Shown here: in pieces, positions 1-7,593 of the stretch
Position numbering within the stretch: position 1 is the stretch's first letter
How the letters are laid out: each line of letters starts with the position of its first letter
Assembly (NCBI GenBank): GCA_039028495.1
Contig: JBCCHY010000001.1
Span: 3,528-67,527, forward strand
DNA from: Patescibacteria group bacterium
Lineage (GTDB): Bacteria; Patescibacteriota; Saccharimonadia; Saccharimonadales; VXPC01
Length of the DNA stretch: 64,000 nt
Reading direction: 5' to 3'
Made by a program: the position numbers and the translations under genes
The notes under the pieces: model-generated
Told to the model about the DNA's origin: nothing
Database searches by the model: none
What the model saw: the letters and a program-made list of their open reading frames with translations, nothing else

Positions 1-472
1 CGGCAGATATGGTGGCTACTTGGGCAACCCGTTTTTTGTCAGAACCAATGTCTTCGCGCATACCCTCTAGCGCTTTGAGTGCGTCTTCTGCAGCCGCCTC
101 GAGACCTTTCCTGAGTAGCATTGGGTTGTGGCCGGCTGCAATTAGCTTATTAGCCTCATTCAGGATGTGATAAGTCAACACAGTAACAGTAGTAGTGCCA
201 TCACCAGCCGCATCATTCATCTTGCTGGCAGCTTGTTTGATAAGTTCTGCACCGACCTTGTAGCCGTATGTTTCTGGGTCATTGTCAGCGAGCTCTACAC
301 CTTTAGCAACGGTCACGCCGTCATGAGTGATTGTTGGTGCACCGTAAGATTTAGCGATCACGACATTGCGGCCCTTTGGCCCCATAGTCGTCTTGACCGC
401 ATCGTAGAGAGCTTTTGCCCCACCCAGTAGACGCTCACGTGCGTCCGCATCATAAAATACTTGTTTTGCCAT
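1..472 (-). CDS. groEL: Chaperonin GroEL (partial, N-terminal ~157 aa; gene continues beyond window start)
   Basis: Reverse-complement translation from ATG at 470-472 reads MAKQVFYDADARERLLGGAKALYDAVKTTMGPKGRNVVIAKSYGAPTITHDGVTV...AGDGTTTVTVL, a canonical GroEL N-terminus; sits directly downstream of groES on the same strand. Confidence 0.85.
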   Translation of the reverse strand, partial: MAKQVFYDADARERLLGGAKALYDAVKTTMGPKGRNVVIAKSYGAPTITHDGVTVAKGVELADNDPETYGYKVGAELIKQAASKMNDAAGDGTTTVTVLTYHILNEANKLIAAGHNPMLLRKGLEAAAEDALKALEGMREDIGSDKKRVAQVATISA

Positions 473-487
473 TACTCTATATTCCTC

Positions 488-784
488 CTACTGCCCAACT
501 ACTGCTAGGACTTTGTCTTCTCGCACTAGTACATAGTCAGTACCACCATGCTTGACCTCTGTACCGCTAAAGCTTTCATAAATTATTTTGTCGCCCTTTT
601 TGACACCGACAACCATTGGACCGACTGACTCAACAGTGGCTGTCTTGGGCTTTTCCTGTGCACCCTCAGGCAGATAAATACCGCTGGATGTCTTTGTCTC
701 TGCTTTGTCAGCAGTTGCTAACACTAGGTTAGCCAGTGGTGTGATTGTACTCATCGCTGTTCCCTGTTTTATCCTGGCACTCAT
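488..784 (-). CDS. groES: Co-chaperonin GroES (10 kDa chaperonin)
   Basis: 98 aa; ...GIYLPEGAQEKPKTATVESVGP...GDKIIYESFSGTEVKHGGTDYVLVREDKVLAV matches the GroES mobile loop and fold; upstream of groEL. Confidence 0.9.
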   Translation of the reverse strand: MSARIKQGTAMSTITPLANLVLATADKAETKTSSGIYLPEGAQEKPKTATVESVGPMVVGVKKGDKIIYESFSGTEVKHGGTDYVLVREDKVLAVVGQ

Positions 785-811
785 ACTACCCGAGTGCTAA
801 AAACAAGTCAA

Positions 812-1570
812 CTACGCTGCTGTTCTGGCAACATCAGGTGTATCGATAAGAGTGCTCGCATGCTCTATCCCACGGCTCAAATCAGTTACGGGGTTGCCTG
901 CAGCTCCTTCTACATAAGGAGCCAACACATGTTGTCTGAGTTTGTCTGTGTTGTCGTATCTGTTGTGTATCGCTGACCTAACGAAAGTTAGAATGTCATC
1001 AGTGAAAGGGGCCGTTCTTCTGTGGCCAGTTTCTGGCGTACCACCACCAGGTAAGTCAAAAACCGCAGCTTGAGATGTATCCTGACCGATTATTGCAAAG
1101 TTCTTTGTCTGCGCATCACCAAGCGATATACCTCGCGCATGCAATAACCCCATTGTGTGCGCAGTTGCACGAACGCTCTCATCAACCATAGAAGCCACCG
1201 AAGGCTCGCTCGGATCTGTTCTCATTATTTCCGCCAGCGTTACGAGGCCGGGTATGTGCTCTGTGACATGATATGTAGTCGATTGGCCAGCAGGTCTTTC
1301 TACGCTCAGTGACTTTAGAGTCAAAAACCCCATACCACTAAGAAGCTCATACATCGCTCTTTCGTGATGTGCATCTTGTTCTCCACCGAGGTAAGCGTAT
1401 GGCTTAACAGCGCGTATGTTCTTGCCCTCCTCACTAACAAAAAAGACGCCCTGTGCAGAACGAGACGCGGTCAGTGTGAGCCCGCCTTCAACAGCTGCTC
1501 CTGCATATGCATTCAAATAATCCTGCTGTAGTTGATTGCGGCTTTTATTACGCATGTCGGCTTGTTTCAC
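812..1570 (-). CDS. Hypothetical protein, protein-kinase-like fold (putative atypical kinase)
   Basis: 252 aa; N-lobe-like VxxVK (NIRAVKPYAY) and a helix Glu (ERAMYELL); catalytic-loop-like LHARGISLGDAQTKNF and DLPGG, with Leu where the usual catalytic-loop His sits; assignment is tentative. Confidence 0.35.
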   Translation of the reverse strand: MKQADMRNKSRNQLQQDYLNAYAGAAVEGGLTLTASRSAQGVFFVSEEGKNIRAVKPYAYLGGEQDAHHERAMYELLSGMGFLTLKSLSVERPAGQSTTYHVTEHIPGLVTLAEIMRTDPSEPSVASMVDESVRATAHTMGLLHARGISLGDAQTKNFAIIGQDTSQAAVFDLPGGGTPETGHRRTAPFTDDILTFVRSAIHNRYDNTDKLRQHVLAPYVEGAAGNPVTDLSRGIEHASTLIDTPDVARTAA

Positions 1571-2183
1571 CCCAGGAGACCAATGGAATTTCTAAAATTT
1601 TGGCGATTCTTTCTTCCTCTTCGTTTTGTGAAGTAGTCTTTATGGTATCTGCTAAACCGACGCCAATTTCACTTAGCATGCCATCACGAGCCTCTACCAG
1701 CTCAACAGGTGGTAGCAAGTACATTCTGACAGGCTCTAGCCTATCAACCACTATCTGTTCAGGAGTAATAGATCCGGGTAATACTCCATGGCTTGAAGAC
1801 AAAGCCGCTAGATCTGAGCCTAGTTTAGTTAAGGCTCTAGATATAACGTCTAGAGCTCCTACTTCTGGTTGCTCAAGACCACCTTGGCGCTCACCGCTTA
1901 CTTCGTTCAAGATGCCTAGCAGGCCATGTGCGTGAGGGGACAATCTGAGAAGCCTGCGGTCGTCTACCTGAACTAGGTCTTGGATGAAGTCGGATCCATA
2001 GCTATGTTCTGGATAAGCTACACTCCGGGGTATGCCTAAAAAAGTATCATCATCACCAGTCATCTGGCATAGCTCCACATCATTTGGTAGAGCTATGCCT
2101 CTGAACACTCTGAAAGCTGCCGGAGTTAGCGTATGCGAGACAACATTAGGGGTATGTGAAGCCATATCGGTATATACTAGCAT
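1548..2183 (-). CDS. Hypothetical protein
   Basis: 211-aa ORF co-directional with and overlapping the downstream ORF by 23 nt; no recognisable motif. Confidence 0.45.
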   Translation of the reverse strand: MLVYTDMASHTPNVVSHTLTPAAFRVFRGIALPNDVELCQMTGDDDTFLGIPRSVAYPEHSYGSDFIQDLVQVDDRRLLRLSPHAHGLLGILNEVSGERQGGLEQPEVGALDVISRALTKLGSDLAALSSSHGVLPGSITPEQIVVDRLEPVRMYLLPPVELVEARDGMLSEIGVGLADTIKTTSQNEEEERIAKILEIPLVSWGETSRHA

Positions 2184-2237
2184 AAATGCTTGGAAAAGTC
2201 AATCTATCCACCCCTGTTATGATATACTTTCCTACGA

Positions 2238-3101
2238 ATGACAAAAATAAACAAAAAAGTCCTAGTTAGCTCGGCAAAATGCTTTGCTGATGATGCTGCT
2301 ATTAACTCACACATGGACAGCTCCATTGCAATAGATCAACAAAAAGCGGTTCAGGAACACGGCGAAATTACCAAGGCATTTCGGGCAGCTGGGATAGAGG
2401 TCACTCACGTCGACGAACCATCCAATTGTCAGGATGGGGTATACACCGCCAACTGGGCGCTCATAAGAAACGGCACCGCTGTCATGTCTCGCCTACCAAA
2501 CGCACGAAAGAGCGAAGAAGCCCACGCCAAACAAATCTTAGAAGACCTGGGCTACGAGACTATTGTTCTAGCCGAGAACTCCCCTTTCAGTGGTCAGGGT
2601 GATGCACTTTTTTGTGGCGACTATCTCTTTGTCGGCACCACTTATAGAACGAGTCCTGCTGCCCAAGATGCGCTCGAAAAAACGTGGCCAGACGTAAAAG
2701 TAGTCAGGCTACAGACCATTCCTGAGCTCGATGCAGAAGGTATGCCTGTCATCAACCAGTATTCTGGCTGGCCGGACAGCTTTTTCTATGACCTCGACCT
2801 AGCACTAGCTGTAATTGACGAGAGCCTAATCGCTTGGTGCCCAGACGCTTTTGACACAGAATCACAAGAAAAAATACGATCAATAAACGATGTTGAGAAA
2901 ATAGAGGTTAGCCTAGAAGAGGCTAAGGAAGGCTTTGCCTGCAATCTCGTCAGCACTGGTGAGTACGTGATAATGAGCGACCGCGCACCCGGGCTAAGGA
3001 CTGAACTACTGCGACGAGGACTACAGGTCATTACGCCTAGCTGCACCGAACTCGTCAAAGGCGGCGGCTTTATCCGCTGTATCTCACTAACCCTTGAGTA
3101 G
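2238..3101 (+). CDS. Amidinotransferase-superfamily enzyme (DDAH / arginine deiminase-like)
   Basis: 287 aa; C-terminal GGGFIRCISLTL matches the conserved Cys-nucleophile motif of the DDAH/amidinotransferase/arginine-deiminase superfamily. Confidence 0.55.
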   Translation: MTKINKKVLVSSAKCFADDAAINSHMDSSIAIDQQKAVQEHGEITKAFRAAGIEVTHVDEPSNCQDGVYTANWALIRNGTAVMSRLPNARKSEEAHAKQILEDLGYETIVLAENSPFSGQGDALFCGDYLFVGTTYRTSPAAQDALEKTWPDVKVVRLQTIPELDAEGMPVINQYSGWPDSFFYDLDLALAVIDESLIAWCPDAFDTESQEKIRSINDVEKIEVSLEEAKEGFACNLVSTGEYVIMSDRAPGLRTELLRRGLQVITPSCTELVKGGGFIRCISLTLE

Positions 3102-3103
3102 GG

Positions 3104-4459
3104 TTATTTGTTTAGCTTTTTGAGCAGCTTTTCTGTTGTTTCGATTTCGTTCCAGGGGTGGACTTCCCACGGATTGTCATGGTCTTTTTCGCCGCCACTG
3201 CCTATGGCCCGCTCGATCGTCTTTTCGTGACCCTTGCCCAGCAGTATCACTGTATCGCCCTTTTTGGCTGTTTTGAGAGCGAACTCGAGAGCTTCAGTAC
3301 GATCCAGGATGAGGTGCAGGTCTTTGTCTCGTATTTTGCCTGATTTCTCTGCGCCACCGGCTATCTGGTCCATGATTTCATTACCGTCTACATCGCGGTC
3401 GTCCTCTTCCGTCACAATCACTACGTCGCAGTATTTGCCCGCTATTTCCCCTTGGGTGGCACGCTTGGCGACGTCGCGCCTGCCTGCAGAGCCAAATAGG
3501 CCTATTAGACGGCCTTTTACCACTGGTCGTAGATCAGCAAACAGCTTCTCAAAGCTATCCGGCGTATGGGCAAAATCAACGATCACGTCAAAGTTCTGGC
3601 CTACGTCAACACGTGTCATACGACCTTCTACACCGTGCAGAGATTTGATGCCATTCTCTATCTGTTTTTTTGTCAGACCGAGAGCACGACCGACGAGCGC
3701 GGCTGCCATGCTGTTGCTGACATTGAAACTACCTGGCAGATTGCAGGTGATGTTGTAGCTGTCGCTACCAATAACCATTTTGTACTTACTGCCCTTTGGC
3801 GTGAGTTTGAGCCCCACAGGTTTGGCAACATTCGGTCCAGCATTTTCGTCTAGGCTATAGGCGGCTACGTTTTCTACCTGGTCGGCGAAAAGAGCTGCAT
3901 TGTCATCGTCTGAGTTGATTACCCCTAGTTTGCGACCATTTTTGTTACGTCCTGCTAGTTTAAATAGTTTGAGTTTGGCATTCAGATAGGCCTGGAATGT
4001 CCCGTGATAATCCAGATGCTCATGTGTGATGTTCGTCATAACGGCAATATCTATTGGCACACCCATGATTCTAAACTGCGCCAGCGCGTGACTAGTGACC
4101 TCTAGTACTAGATAGTCCATGCCTTTTGCTTTCATAGTCTCGATCCGGCCCATCAGCATCCCAATCGGCTGAGATGTCATGTGGGCGATCTGCTGGGTAA
4201 TGTCATCGTTCACGCCGTAAGCGACAGTACTCATAAGCCCCGCGTCATAACCAGCATCAACCAACATTTTGTGTATCAAGTAGCAGGTGCTGGTTTTGCC
4301 GTTTGTGCCAGTCACACCGATCACTTTGAGATCGCGGGCAGGGAAGCCTTTGCGCACATTAGTGGCCAGGGCGACGCCGTAGTGTTTTGGCAAGACTGCT
4401 TTGTTATAGATGTTGCCTTTTAGGGCTTTTTCGGCGATTTTTTTAGCGTGACGTTTCAT
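3104..4459 (-). CDS. murE: UDP-N-acetylmuramoyl-tripeptide synthetase, Mur ligase family (MurE-like)
   Basis: 451 aa; VIGVTGTNGKTST P-loop of Mur ligases and DFAHTPDSFEKLF (DYAHTPDAL-like) C-domain motif. Confidence 0.75.
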   Translation of the reverse strand: MKRHAKKIAEKALKGNIYNKAVLPKHYGVALATNVRKGFPARDLKVIGVTGTNGKTSTCYLIHKMLVDAGYDAGLMSTVAYGVNDDITQQIAHMTSQPIGMLMGRIETMKAKGMDYLVLEVTSHALAQFRIMGVPIDIAVMTNITHEHLDYHGTFQAYLNAKLKLFKLAGRNKNGRKLGVINSDDDNAALFADQVENVAAYSLDENAGPNVAKPVGLKLTPKGSKYKMVIGSDSYNITCNLPGSFNVSNSMAAALVGRALGLTKKQIENGIKSLHGVEGRMTRVDVGQNFDVIVDFAHTPDSFEKLFADLRPVVKGRLIGLFGSAGRRDVAKRATQGEIAGKYCDVVIVTEEDDRDVDGNEIMDQIAGGAEKSGKIRDKDLHLILDRTEALEFALKTAKKGDTVILLGKGHEKTIERAIGSGGEKDHDNPWEVHPWNEIETTEKLLKKLNK

Positions 4460-4546
4460 GCCCCTAGTATAGCAGGGCTAGGCAACCTGAACCTCAAAAC
4501 CCTCATCTGCTAGCAAGGAGGTTTTAAGGCTCAGACTAGGCCTGAC

Positions 4547-7546
4547 TTACTCGTCGTCTTGTTCGTCGAAAAACGCATCAAAGGCCTCTTGCGCGTCTGA
4601 GTCTACTTGGGCACCGAGCAGCTCGTCTAACTCAGTTGCTGCATCCTCATCTGCAGGGCTACTGTCTTCGTTCGCGGAGTCTTCACCAGTGCCTGCTGCG
4701 GCTAACCATTCTGGGCCGAGACTACTTAGCCAGTCCGGGCCGAGCTTTGCTGATAGCCCATTGCGTACGAAAGCATCGGCTATCTCAGGACCGAGTTCGA
4801 TAGAGCCCTCACCGGCAGGTTTCCAGGCGTCTCTCTTACCTGCTACCACAGTTTCAGCACCAAGTGGCGATCCTGCGGTTTGGTTAATAAGTTGGCTAAA
4901 CGCACTGCCGAGTGACTCATCAGCTCTTGCCTGACCGTATACCAGGGCCGTAGCATCATCGATAGATATACCGAATAGTTCTGCGAGTGCTGCTGTATAG
5001 CTCTCCTGCTGACCAAACACGAGTACGTTGTCTTCTACTAGTCGACGTAGATCATCTGCCTTGCCCTCAGCTGCTGCTCTCTGGATAACAGCATCGGGTA
5101 GGTTATCTATAGCACCGCTGACATCTACAGACTCTAGGTCCTCTGCTGCAGGTGTCTCTGCCTGAGTCGGTACTGCTGTTGGCTCACCTTCGGCGCTGCC
5201 GCCCGCTGTCTCGTCCGACCTGTCCGGATCATCAATCGGCTGCTGGGCTTCGTTGCCTCCCCTGCCTGCAAAGGCAAGTCCTGCTAGACCCAAGCTGAAC
5301 ACTAGAGTTGCGGCACCTACTGCCTTTACAAGTCGACGTGAACGCTTTTTCTCACCGCTGCTACTAGCATCGTCTGTAGCAGTCTCACCAGCCCCAACTG
5401 GTGTATTACCAGCAACAACAGTTCCGCTTGAATCAGGAGTACCGGTGCCTACCGTGAGCACTGGGACTACTGCGGCTCTACTGGTCGGACTAGGTCTGTG
5501 CTGTTCGATATCTCCACCTATGAATGCATCCTGGAGCAACTGTCTGTAGTTTGACGTATCAAGAAGCCGCTCCTTCTCCCCGTCCCTCACGGCGTCGATA
5601 CTGTCTAGGAGTCTTTGTAGTTCATCTACATCCTCTGGTAATAGACCTTCATTCTCCAGTTTGTCCATAACTAGATGGTTAATCTGATGTCTACGCACAA
5701 GTGGGTCCTGGGACAGCTCCCTGCCGTCAATTAGCGAGAACATCTGCTTGATGTCCTTGTCTCCAAGCCCGTATAGCCCGGTAAAGCTGACGCCAAAGGT
5801 ATCATAAAATAAACCTGGTATGTTAAGTCTGGTGTCATCCGGTGACTCGGGTGTCACTGGCTGTACATCTGACACTGCAAGATCGGCGTTCCACCAGTTG
5901 GTACCAGGAACTGTCGCGGTGTCTTGTGGACGACTAGGTCGACTTAAGGGCCTACCGTCTATGTCAATTGTCACGCTGTCCCTGTGACCACCATTTTCTA
6001 AAATCTGTCTGGCGACTTGTTTGTAGCCACCCCAGCTATGGATGCCAGCCGGACTATCTTCGCTACCAAAGCCTAGTATCTCTAGTGCTATACCTTCGGC
6101 GCGTCCAGGCAGAATATCCTGTTTGACAATACCAGCATCCTTACGCATTTTCGGTACTAAGCTTAATGCGAGCAGAGCATCAAGCTGGGCATTACGCTCG
6201 TCACTATACACGGGCGCTAATTCTATGCCGTCCAAGTGCTCCGCGAAAGCTTCTCTCAGCTCGTCATCATCCATGAATTCAACGTCCCGTATGCTATAGC
6301 CCAGGACGTCTTTGGCAAATGTATCTAGAGCATCTACGTTCTGCCTGCTGATCTCTTCTGACAGATCTGGATCTTCACGTCTTGCGTCTATGATACGTAG
6401 CTCGTACAGCTCCTCAAGCGTTTCAGGTTCTGTTGTCACCAGTTCAGCACGCGGAACATCCATAGGTATCCCAGGTACGTCAACTACAAGGAGCTCTTCC
6501 CTAGTATAAGCTTCGTTCTGTGCGGCTGCGCCGAGGGCTTCGAACCTCTCGCGAACCTCTGGAGTAGTTTCAGGGTCTACTGATCTAGCTACCGCCATGT
6601 CGACTAGCCTGTCTTCGACAAGCTCTGTCAGGTCACCATCAAGACGCTCTATAACTGCTGTATCTACACCAAGCAGGTCAGCTGCCTCGCCCGCAGGTAG
6701 TTCAAAAATAGACTCTATGCCAACTATACCTAGCTCGCTGGCTAATTCTGAAATCTTCGGACCAAATTTTAGATCATCAGCCACCTCCGTTTTGGTGGGT
6801 TTGAGTAGGGCCTCCGTAGTTCTGTTCTGATGTTCACGCAGTGCAAGAGCGGTCGGATTCGGACCTCTGTCTGGTCTCGTGGGAACCACAATCTTTTTAG
6901 TACGATTTCGACCCGCAGATGCTGCTTGGTCTTTCTTGACAACTGATTGTGCTCGCACTAACGCCTCGTCATAAAAGCTCTTTGGTCTAGAATAGTCCGC
7001 CTCAATACCTAACACACTCGCTATCTCAGATATACCGGCACCTGCAGACAGGTCTAGCAGTGAAGCTTCTTCCGCGGCCCAGTCGTTAGCATTTGTTTCG
7101 CCACGTCTTAGTCTGCCGTTTTCTGCACCTTCTCTGGCTATTTCTGATTCTGTTTTACTGCCAAATATCTCTTGATAATCTCTGCCGGTGTCTACCTGGT
7201 CCTGGTTTTGGTGATTTCTTGCATCCGCAAGTAGTCTGCCCGCGTCAAAGCCCCTGATAGCAGAGCCGCCGACCCACGGAGTATATGCATCCATAAAAGC
7301 AGGTACGGCATCTAGGCCAGTCTCCCCTGCTAGGTCCAGAAAGCTATCTCTGTCAGCACCGCCTTGATTTGCAATCACACCATAAAGTGCATCTTGCGCT
7401 GAGCGTACAGCCAAATCATAGTCGGACCTTGATACAAACTGACCAGAGGTGTCATGAATGACCTCTTGACCATTACGACCAACAGATACATTCATCCCTC
7501 TAAGAGAGGCTACGGGTTCTGTCTGTCTTGATTCAAAATTATGCAT
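4547..7546 (-). CDS. Large hypothetical acidic protein with a single predicted TM helix
   Basis: 999 aa, Asp/Glu-rich, TM segment RLVKAVGAATLVFSLGLAGLAFAG, acidic C-terminus FDEQDDE; no catalytic motifs recognised. Confidence 0.55.
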   Translation of the reverse strand: MHNFESRQTEPVASLRGMNVSVGRNGQEVIHDTSGQFVSRSDYDLAVRSAQDALYGVIANQGGADRDSFLDLAGETGLDAVPAFMDAYTPWVGGSAIRGFDAGRLLADARNHQNQDQVDTGRDYQEIFGSKTESEIAREGAENGRLRRGETNANDWAAEEASLLDLSAGAGISEIASVLGIEADYSRPKSFYDEALVRAQSVVKKDQAASAGRNRTKKIVVPTRPDRGPNPTALALREHQNRTTEALLKPTKTEVADDLKFGPKISELASELGIVGIESIFELPAGEAADLLGVDTAVIERLDGDLTELVEDRLVDMAVARSVDPETTPEVRERFEALGAAAQNEAYTREELLVVDVPGIPMDVPRAELVTTEPETLEELYELRIIDARREDPDLSEEISRQNVDALDTFAKDVLGYSIRDVEFMDDDELREAFAEHLDGIELAPVYSDERNAQLDALLALSLVPKMRKDAGIVKQDILPGRAEGIALEILGFGSEDSPAGIHSWGGYKQVARQILENGGHRDSVTIDIDGRPLSRPSRPQDTATVPGTNWWNADLAVSDVQPVTPESPDDTRLNIPGLFYDTFGVSFTGLYGLGDKDIKQMFSLIDGRELSQDPLVRRHQINHLVMDKLENEGLLPEDVDELQRLLDSIDAVRDGEKERLLDTSNYRQLLQDAFIGGDIEQHRPSPTSRAAVVPVLTVGTGTPDSSGTVVAGNTPVGAGETATDDASSSGEKKRSRRLVKAVGAATLVFSLGLAGLAFAGRGGNEAQQPIDDPDRSDETAGGSAEGEPTAVPTQAETPAAEDLESVDVSGAIDNLPDAVIQRAAAEGKADDLRRLVEDNVLVFGQQESYTAALAELFGISIDDATALVYGQARADESLGSAFSQLINQTAGSPLGAETVVAGKRDAWKPAGEGSIELGPEIADAFVRNGLSAKLGPDWLSSLGPEWLAAAGTGEDSANEDSSPADEDAATELDELLGAQVDSDAQEAFDAFFDEQDDE

Positions 7547-7593
7547 AGCTTTACCTAATATATATTAGCATTTTATTGACAGAAAGTCAATGT

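Noticed and set aside
167-430. 87-aa + strand ORF
   Set aside because: Lies entirely antisense to the confidently identified groEL coding sequence; no motif; spurious.
812-2183. ORFs 1548-2183 and 812-1570 as a single split gene
   Set aside because: ORF 812-1570 contains a complete kinase-like N- and C-lobe on its own, and the upstream ORF has no kinase features; treated as separate genes.
3234-3758. 174-aa + strand ORF, plus 3566-3853 and 4181-4423 ORFs
   Set aside because: Antisense to murE; Ser/Arg-rich composition typical of out-of-frame reads of a coding region.
5253-6830. Series of + strand ORFs (98, 85, 65, 77 aa) inside the 999-aa gene
   Set aside because: Low-complexity Ser/Ala/Pro-rich antisense translations of the long minus-strand gene.
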